Shown in pieces: positions 55,022-64,000 of a DNA stretch of 64,000 bases (the stretch's first letter is position 1; every line of letters starts with the position of its first letter). Below the pieces are notes generated by a model. The model did no database searches and was not told the origin of the DNA. It worked only from the letters and a program-made list of their open reading frames with translations. Where the stretch lies: assembly GCA_951406725.2 (NCBI GenBank), contig OX597832.1, positions 25,978,001 through 26,042,000 on the forward strand, in the 5' to 3' direction. Source of the DNA: Octopus vulgaris (Eukaryota). Both the position numbers and the translations under genes were made by a program.

Positions 55022-56251
55022 TGTATGTATGTATGTATGTATGTACGTATGTATGTATGTATGTATGTATGTATGCATGCATGTATTATGTATGTATGCA
55101 TGGATGGATGGATGGATGTGTATGTATGTATGTATGCATGCATCTATGTATGTATGTATGTATGTATGTATGTATGTATGTATGTATGTATGTATGTATG
55201 TATGCATGCATGTATGTATGTATGCATGCATGCATGCATGTATGTATGTATGAATGTATGTATGAATGTATGTATGTATGTATGTATGTATGTATGTATG
55301 AATGTATGTATGTATGTATGTGTGTGTGTATGTGTAGCGAGATTCCTCGCAGTTTCCGTTAACCATATTCTGCTTCATAATTCCTTGGTCAGTCATAAGC
55401 GACAACTCGAGACATTCACCCAGCGCGCCTTTCAGGGAGATGGAACCCAATCGGACGCCATTACACAACGACATATTTTCAGCATTACACATCCAACACG
55501 AACGAGACTTCGAAACAACGCAACCACAATTACGCTCATCAGTCGATGCGTATTTGCGCGCGCGCCTCTGCGTGTAAGAATCCGCGTGCGCGTGAGCGCG
55601 GTTCCAAGCAGAAGGTCTCGGTGTCACTCGTTTTATATGTAAGATGATAGTTTTGCTTCCAAAATTAATTACAACATGCAACATATTGAAACAAGCTAAA
55701 ATATTGAATGATCGTGCGTCGGTCTATCATCTTTTTCTTTTTTTTTTCTTTTTTATTCTTTTTCTTTTTATTTTTATTTCGCTTTTCTTGTATTTTCTTG
55801 TTTTCGGAGTCTATGTCGGTAAACGCACACATAACGCATATGTATGATGTGTGTTTGTGTGAGCGTGTGTATCTATATCTATACACATACACACACGCAA
55901 ACACAAGCACACGCATATATATATATATATGTATATACATGTATGTGTGTGCATATATATAATTATATATATATATGCATATATATATATGCATATATAT
56001 ATATGCATATATATATATGTATGTATATATATATATGTATATATATGTATATATGTATGTATATATATATATATTATATATATATAATTATTATATACAT
56101 ATAATATATACATATATACATACATATATACATATATATATGTGTGTGTGTGTGTGTATTTATGTATATATGTGTGTTTTTATATGTATGTATATACATA
56201 TATATACATTTGCATATATATATATATATATATGTGCATGTGTGTATATAC

Positions 56252-56311
<60 letters not shown>

Positions 56312-56324
56312 ATACATACATATC

Positions 56325-56383
<59 letters not shown>

Positions 56384-56587
56384 TAGTTCACAGCTAAGAT
56401 CCAGATATTCTCTGTATAGAAAACCTTTTGTTGTATTCATATATATATATTTATACATCTACATATATATATATAGAGAGAGAGAGAGAAGAGAGGGAGG
56501 GGAGAGAGAGAGAGACATGCATACATATATATTTGTGGAAGCTAGTGTGTATGATACATATCAATAGATGGAGATGTATATATACAC

Positions 56588-56636
<49 letters not shown>

Positions 56637-57038
56637 CATACATACATACATACACGGTTGTGCGTGGGTGTGCAAGCGTACATGTGTATTTTTGAACGAC
56701 TATGCAAACACGCACGCACACATACACACACACACACACACACGCGCGCGCGCACACACACACATACACACACACATATATCATATTTATATCATATTAA
56801 ATATATATTTTATATTTATTAGGTTATATTAAATTATTTTACAATATGTATAATGTATTACATTTGCCTCAACTTTCGTACACAGAAACAGCTGTAAAGT
56901 CACTCTTACTCTCACCTGGCTTATTTAATTTAATAATGGATTTTAAGCACCAAAGACACACTTCTATTTGTTGTTTTTCCTCCATTTTCTTATCGCCTAA
57001 TCTATCATATATTCATTACATTATATTTAGTATTACAG

Positions 57039-57200
<162 letters not shown>

Positions 57201-57253
57201 CATATTTATTTTATATATATTATATATATATGTACATATATAATCACATGCAC

Positions 57254-57329
<76 letters not shown>

Positions 57330-57552
57330 TTATAGATATATATCATATCTATATATTTTATATGTGTGTCTGTGTGTTTGTGTACGTGGGTGGGTGTATG
57401 TCATATTATGGATTATATTTATAATTGTAATATTGTTACATTATATTATATTTATTATATTTTATGCACTTTATTTATTATAATATATTATGTACTATAA
57501 TAACGTATTAAATTGTATACTTTTATATTGTATTATATCATATGATTAAAGT

Positions 57553-57762
57553 GAGGGAAGCTGGCAGAAACGTTAGCACGCTGGACGAAATGTTTAACGG
57601 TATTTCGTCAGCCGCTACGTTGTGAGTTCAAATTCTGCCGAGGTGACTTTGCCTTTCATCTTTTCGAGATCGATAAATTCAGTATCAGTTGTGTACTGGG
57701 AGCGATCTAATCGACTGGCCCCCGCCCCAAAAATTTCGGACTTTGTGCCTAGAGTAGAAAAG
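57553..57762 (+). mobile_element. SINE family B, near full length
   Basis: AGCTGGCAGAAACGTTAGCAC..GAGTTCAAATTCTGCCGAGG..TTGTGCCTAGAGTAGAAAAG. Confidence 0.88.
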
Positions 57763-57880
57763 TATATATACATACATGTGTGTGTGTGTGTATTATAAAG
57801 GTAGCAAAGTAGATAATCAGCAGGGCTTGCGACATATTTCAAGGAGCGCAAAATGCTGATTATGAAAGAGAGAAATTAGC

Positions 57881-58045
57881 TTTAACCTGCGCGCGTAAGC
57901 GAAAGCAGGGAATTGCAATCACTCGTCTTGGATTGCTTGTGTGTTTGCGAAATTATTGGAAAACGGCTGAACGGATTTTCACCAAATTTGGCAGAAATAC
58001 TCATTGGTTGAGTGGCTCGAAATGATTAACATTTGGTTTGATTAT
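57881..58045 (+). mobile_element. Possible Helentron-associated (HINE/DINE-1-like) fragment
   Basis: TTAACCTGCGCGCG..GCAGG start and AAACGGCTGAACGGATTTTCACCAAATTTGG core; family assignment is from recall only. Confidence 0.45.
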
Positions 58046-58610
58046 CTTCAAAACATACATAAATACGTACATAAATATGCGACTCTGTGTGTTTGTGTGT
58101 GCGTGTATACAGTGATGGATTCGGGAGTTTCGTTTATTTACGAGTTGATTTCTTAATTTCACCGGTGTATACATCCCCAGAATGGTGATACTTGAAAAAA
58201 AAATTACTTCGATTTTTTTTTTAAATCGAACTATTAAATTTTCCAATAAGCAAGTTTAGTCAAACATTTAACAAAGCTTAATTCAGTTCAATTAAAAACT
58301 ATGTATAAGCAATGCATTGTAAGCCACGCTATACAGGTATCTGAGCATAGGGTCAGCATCACACCTTCGATGCCCTTTTTCTTTTTTTTTCTTACCCTGC
58401 GCGCAGAAGCAAAACCAGGATATTGTAATCACTCTTTCTTTCTTTTTTTTTGTTTTTATTCCACTTTTCTTTTTCGTTTTTATGTTCTTTATTTTATACT
58501 CTATATTTTCCACTCCTTGGAAATATACGTCTCGAATTTACCTGCGATTATCTCTCCTTCTTACCTCCATAACAGCTCAATAAGGTCGGTTCTTAAGACC
58601 GCTTTCGATG

Positions 58611-58668
58611 CCGCGGCACTGGCGCGGCATTAGCGCGGCATTGGCGCGGCATTGGCGCGGCACTGGCG
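58611..58668. repeat. 11-bp CpG-rich tandem repeat GCGCGGCA(T/C)TG, 5 copies
   Basis: Direct reading. Confidence 0.9.
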
Positions 58669-58802
58669 CTGGAAGGAGAAGCTGGAGCTTCACTTCAATT
58701 TCATTTCTGCACAACTTTGTGTTATCTGTAGTGAGCTTACTTACCTATTACCCACTTACTAGACAGATAGACAGACAAACAGCCAGGAAGGCAGGCAGGT
58801 AG

Positions 58803-59249
58803 ACACATACATACATTCATACATACATAATAGCATACACACATGTATGCATGTATACATATATACATGCACCCATGCAAACATATATACATACATGCAC
58901 GCACGCACACACACACATTCATGAATATACATACATACACACACGCATACATACATACATACATACATACATACATACACACATACATACATACATACAT
59001 ACATACATACATACACACATACATACATACATACATACACACATACATACACACACATACATACATACATACATACATACATACATACATACACACATAC
59101 ATACATACATACATACATACATACATACACACATACATACACACGCGCATACATACATACATACATGCACACATACATACACACACACATACATACATAC
59201 ATACATACATACACACACACATACATACATACATACACACACACATACA

Positions 59250-59283
<34 letters not shown>

Positions 59284-59500
59284 CATGCATACATACACAC
59301 ATACATACATGCATACATACATACATACACACACACACATACATACATACATACATGCACACATACATACAGACACACATACATACACACACGCAGACAT
59401 ACATACATACGAACATACATACATACATACATACATACATACATACACACACACATACATACATACAAACATACATACATACATACACATGCATGGATGC
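58803..59500. repeat. Compound (CATA)/(CA)n array
   Basis: Direct reading. Confidence 0.96.
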
Positions 59501-59688
59501 CGGCCTGCCTCCATGCATGCATGCAGGCATACGTATACCACGTAAACAAATTAATGTAGCGAAAGTAACGAACAATATTCAAAATGCCATATTCGGCGAG
59601 GACGGACGGAAACACTCGAATTGTTCCGGTTTTGTGAAAGTCTCTTCTGATTCACTGAACGACTTCATCTAATGTCCTTCATTCTTAC

Positions 59689-59840
59689 CAAGTTACCTCC
59701 CCTCGGATATTTTACATTTACCGCCATGTTAACCGACATCTGAGATACTTTTTTTACGTTTTAGCTTATGTATGGCGAAATCACAAGTAGTTCACCGTCT
59801 GCGCAATCGTTTTGGCTTGTTAGAAGTTGCTTCCGAATCC
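59689..59840 (-). promoter_or_regulatory. Candidate promoter and first exon
   Basis: On the minus strand: CGGAAG (ETS-like), TTGCGCA, then AACATGGCG (Kozak/YY1-like) followed by possible donors GTAAAT, GTAACT and GTAAGA in non-repetitive sequence. Confidence 0.3.
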
Positions 59841-59989
59841 TTTTTGAATAAAATCTGATTGACTTTTAGATAAGAAATAGATAATAGAGCAGCGTCAGTG
59901 CCAAACCATGTTTAAGCACAAGCTAACTTTAGATTAGTTTATGATGTGTTTGTGACATATTTTAACTTCTAAAGGCAAATCCACTGCGG

Positions 59990-60235
59990 TTACTTTTTAT
60001 TCTTTTATTCTTTTATTTGTTTCAGTCATTTGACTGCGGCCATGCTGGAGCACCGCCTTCAGTCGACTAAATCGAGACACCCAGGACTTATTCTTTGTAG
60101 GCCTAGTATTTATTCTATCGGTCTCTTTTGCCGAACCGTTGTTACGAGGACGTAAACACACCAACATCGGTTGTCAGGCGATGGTGGGGGACAAACAAAG
60201 ACACATAAACATCACACACACACACACACACACAT

Positions 60236-60285
<50 letters not shown>

Positions 60286-60446
60286 CGGGCTTCTTTCAGT
60301 TTCCATCTACCAAATCCACTCACAAGGCTTTGGTCGGCCCGAGGCTACAGTAGAAGACACTTGCCCATAGTGCCACGCAGTGAGACTGAACCCGGAACCA
60401 TGTGGCTGGTAAGCAAGCTACTTACCACACAGCCACTCCTGCGCCT
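59990..60446 (-). mobile_element. SINE family A, full length
   Basis: Reverse complement of head, core and tail with (ATAAAAGA)n end. Confidence 0.93.
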
Positions 60447-60859
60447 TACTATGAAGGAAAAATTCCCACTTATGGTTGAAAGTATAAAGACAGCATGTAT
60501 GTCCAGCGTTACCCGCTATTGGATTCCCAACGCGAGTTTCTGACTCGTTAGCCTTCCTCAATGGTTTATACCGAAGACAGCCAAGACTAGGCAGATTCAA
60601 AGCTGTACCTTTGACTAAAAGATGCAGTTATCAGTGACAGAGTTGTGCCAGAGGACCGCCTGGTCGGAATAAATATAGCCACAACAGCACCAAGCAGTGA
60701 TAAGTAATAAAGGATCTTTAAGTTAGTTAAAATACGTTTGTGTCATATTTGAACTTCTGAAGGCAATTTCGATGCAGTTTCCGTGAAGGTAAAAGGTAAC
60801 GTGTACTTGAAATAAAACAAGATAGGATGGTCACGGTTTGATAAGTGATGAGATTGTAT

Positions 60860-61165
60860 CCAGGTATGATTGTGCAGTCAAGAAGTTCAGTTGGCAACCA
60901 TGTGGTTTCAAGTTCAATCCGAGTGCGCAGCACTTTGAGCAAATGTCTTCAGTTATACCCCCGGCTCGATCATTGCCTTGTAAAAGACTTTGGATGGCGG
61001 AAACTGCGTGGAAGCCCGTCGTATATATGTATGTGTGTGAGCGTAAGTGGATAGGTATGTGTACGGGTTTTGTGTCATTGTCTCTGCGCCCTTGCCCATT
61101 AACAACCGGTGTTGGTTTATTTACGTTCCCGTAACGTAGCGGTTTGGCAATAGAGAACCGATAGA
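60860..61165 (+). mobile_element. SINE family A, degenerate
   Basis: Diverged core GCACTTTGAGCAAATGTCTTC..ACAACCGGTGTTGGTTTATTTACGTTCCCGTAAC. Confidence 0.7.
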
Positions 61166-61289
61166 ATGAACGAAACAGTAGCAATATCGTGTATCAGACT
61201 AAAGTATTTGATTACATTCAGGAATAAATTTTAAAAGATCAGAGCTTCTGAGACATTCTTATTTTATCTCGAAAAAATTAATTAAAATA

Positions 61290-61518
61290 CGGTTAGAATC
61301 ATCTGCAAATATTTTATTGGTTCTACGTTCAAAGAAATCTGAAATGTCATTGATATAAACAATAAAAAGAAGTGGACCCAGCACAGAACCCTGCGGGACT
61401 CCGCTGACGTCTTTTGCTTGTCTAGAGTGGATACCAGGAAATAATTAATCCATTGAAGTAGCTTTCCACCGACTTCAGCGTTGGATAGTTTTCTTAAAAG
61501 TATATTGTCGTTGACTCT
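61290..61518 (-). mobile_element. CR1/L2-clade reverse transcriptase fragment
   Basis: Reverse complement translates ILLRKL..VGGKLLQWI..FL, then after a frameshift SGVPQGSVLGPLLFIVYINDI..KIFADDS. Confidence 0.88.
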
Positions 61519-61684
61519 GTATATATACACATATATATGTGTGTGCACGCGCGTGTGTTTGTGTATCTGTAAATAGGTACACATATATGTATATATATAT
61601 GTGTGTGTATGTATAAAGGTACATATATATAAAATAAAAATAATAACGAAATTATTGTATACAGTGCTCAGGTGCACCACAACC

Positions 61685-61739
<55 letters not shown>

Positions 61740-61862
61740 ATCCAAACAAGAAAACACAGAAAAAAAGAGAAAAAAAAGGGAAAAAAACACAGCAACGCGA
61801 GGACGTGGAACAATTAAAGTATTATTGATGCTCAGGAAAGAAGGGATATATATATATGTATG

Positions 61863-61896
<34 letters not shown>

Positions 61897-61924
61897 TGTA
61901 TGTATGTATGTATGTATGTATGTA

Positions 61925-62114
61925 GTGAGAATTTACACAAGGAACAAAAGACGAAGACGGGTGTGTAAACAACAAACAGCTGTATTAGATTAAGGCTCAG
62001 GAAGTGAGAAAGTCTTTTACGTTTCGAGCCTACGCTCTTCAACAGAAAGGAATATAGACATAAACAAACAGAGAAAATAAAAAAACAACGCTTAGTGGCT
62101 AGCGATCTATCATG

Positions 62115-62115
<1 letters not shown>
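61925..62115 (-). mobile_element. Short element with hammerhead-like motif
   Basis: Reverse complement of 62014-62049 is CTTTCTGTTGAAGAGCGTAGGCTCGAAACGTAAAAG. Confidence 0.8.
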
Positions 62116-62201
<86 letters not shown>

Positions 62202-62887
62202 TGTGCGTGTGTGTGTGTGTCTATATATATATATGTGTGTATTTGTATATGTGTGTGCTTGTATGTGTGTGAGATTGTATATATATAAACACTCACACAC
62301 ACACATACACATATATAGACAGTGAATAATGACTTTGTCAACAAGATTATTTGACAAGCTAATAATATCAGCATATACAGTGGAGTTGCGGAAGACAAAA
62401 CTAATTAATTGATCTAAATAATTAACAATTATGTGGTTAATGAGAAGAAAACACAAACTCATTGAGTAATAATCATTGTAATCTGAGTGACAGCTCGACA
62501 GAGAAGATTGACAGATCAATGAACAGATTGATAGATTATTAGGAATGCTTCCAGGAGGATAGCTGAATGCATAGGTTGGTGTAGGTTTCGACGGATTGGA
62601 ATAGAGGCTGACAGACGAGACAGACGTCTGCCTCGTTCGCATAACACAGCCTTCTCTGTCTGAATGTGTCAGCCTCTGTCTGTATGTCTCTGTCTCTATG
62701 AGTGTGTGTGTGTAAATATATATATATATATACATACATACATACATACATACAGAGAGAGAGAGAAAGAGAGAGGGAGAGTAAGTGAGAGAGAATAAGA
62801 GAGAGTGAGAGAGAGAGAATAATGAGAGGCAGAAACACATAGACAGTTGATAGACAGAGAAGGGTGGAGTAAGTACATACATGTATG

Positions 62888-62926
<39 letters not shown>

Positions 62927-62972
62927 ATGCATGTATATACATTGAGATATATATATATATAAACGTTACTGC

Positions 62973-63022
<50 letters not shown>

Positions 63023-63213
63023 TTATACATACATATATATACATACATACACACATACATACATACATACATACAGACAGACAGACTTGCATACATACGC
63101 GCGCGCGCACACATACACACACACAGACGCATATATATTAGTTTCTATGTATGCGTGTGTGTGTATGACTTCCGAATACACGCCTGTTATGTATGAATGT
63201 ATTTTTGCCTATC

Positions 63214-63244
<31 letters not shown>

Positions 63245-63329
63245 CTGTCTGTCTGTCTCCCTCACCTTCTATCTATCTATCTATCTGTCTGTCTGTCTGT
63301 CTCTGTCTATCTACCTCTCTATCTATCTG

Positions 63330-63555
63330 TCCATCTTTCTTTCTTTTGTTCCTTTTCCTTTTTTTCTTTTTTTTTTCCTTTTTTTTAATTTTATTTTTTG
63401 TTCTTTTTTTCCCTTTTGCGATCCCTTTTGATCGAAAACCTTTTTTTGGTTTCTTTTGTTTTTTGTTTTTTGTTTTTTTCATCCCCCAAAAGAAAAGCTC
63501 TACCTTGTAACTTGTCCCATCTGTGTGCAGCCCTGTGTGGCCAATAAAGAAACTT
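63330..63555 (+). mobile_element. Second 3' end of the Tx1-like LINE family
   Basis: AAAAGCTCTACCTTGTAA..ATCTGTGTGCAGCCCTGTGTGGCCAATAAAGAAAC matches the reverse complement of 29696-29760; preceded by degenerate (TATC)n and followed by TATCTA. Confidence 0.85.
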
Positions 63556-63928
63556 ATCTACGTATGAATTTACCTGTGTATTTCTGTCTGTCTGCCTGTG
63601 TCTGTCCATCCCTGTGTTTGCGTCTGTATGTTTGTCACATTGGTCGACAGTCACACAAATCCCCCAAAACAACAGAGAGTGGAGCAGAGCACTAAAAAAA
63701 AACCCGTGCAACGACTTTGATTAAGAAAACAATATGTTTAAACAATTACAATGTTGACAAAGTCACAACTGATTCGTATCGTTCGTCTCCTCCCCCCCGA
63801 TCCAAGTGCTCGATGTACAAAATAGATTGATGAGTGTGTGTACACAAACACTTAACTCCTATGTAAATACTAATATATACAGACGCCAAAAAAAAAAAAA
63901 AAAACACACATGCAACACACATGCACAC

Positions 63929-64000
<72 letters not shown>

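Noticed and set aside
55503-55543. Minus-strand CTGATGAG..CGAA as a hammerhead
   Set aside because: GAAA does not follow helix II and there is no helix III or cleavage triplet.
59689-59727. MAVNV.. as the N-terminus of EB1/MAPRE
   Set aside because: Only five residues match and no further EB1 exons are visible.

Overview
AT-rich, repeat-saturated eukaryotic DNA. The microsatellite load and SINE families resemble an octopus (cephalopod) genome; this is inferred from recalled repeat consensus patterns, not from a search. No host protein-coding gene can be called with confidence, and almost all ORF-track entries are translations of microsatellites. Supported content: four tRNA-headed SINE families; a 5'-truncated Tx1/L1-like LINE (zf-RVT) inside (TATC)n plus a second 3' end; two R4/Dong-like 3' ends inside (CATA)n; CR1-clade fragments, one sharing its 3' tail with the commonest SINE; three Tc1/mariner elements; a Helitron 3' end with a Pif1-helicase remnant; piggyBac-like and fold-back MITEs. 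Most notable: (i) a short dispersed element in (TA)n with a minimal hammerhead-ribozyme fold and a consistent A6-to-U core change; (ii) apparent partitioning of microsatellite types among retroelement families; (iii) an inverted templated insertion with a 22-bp duplication; (iv) a 14-bp satellite grown from a transposon terminus. A few candidate exons and one promoter-like segment are reported at low confidence. Boundaries of degenerate repeats are approximate.
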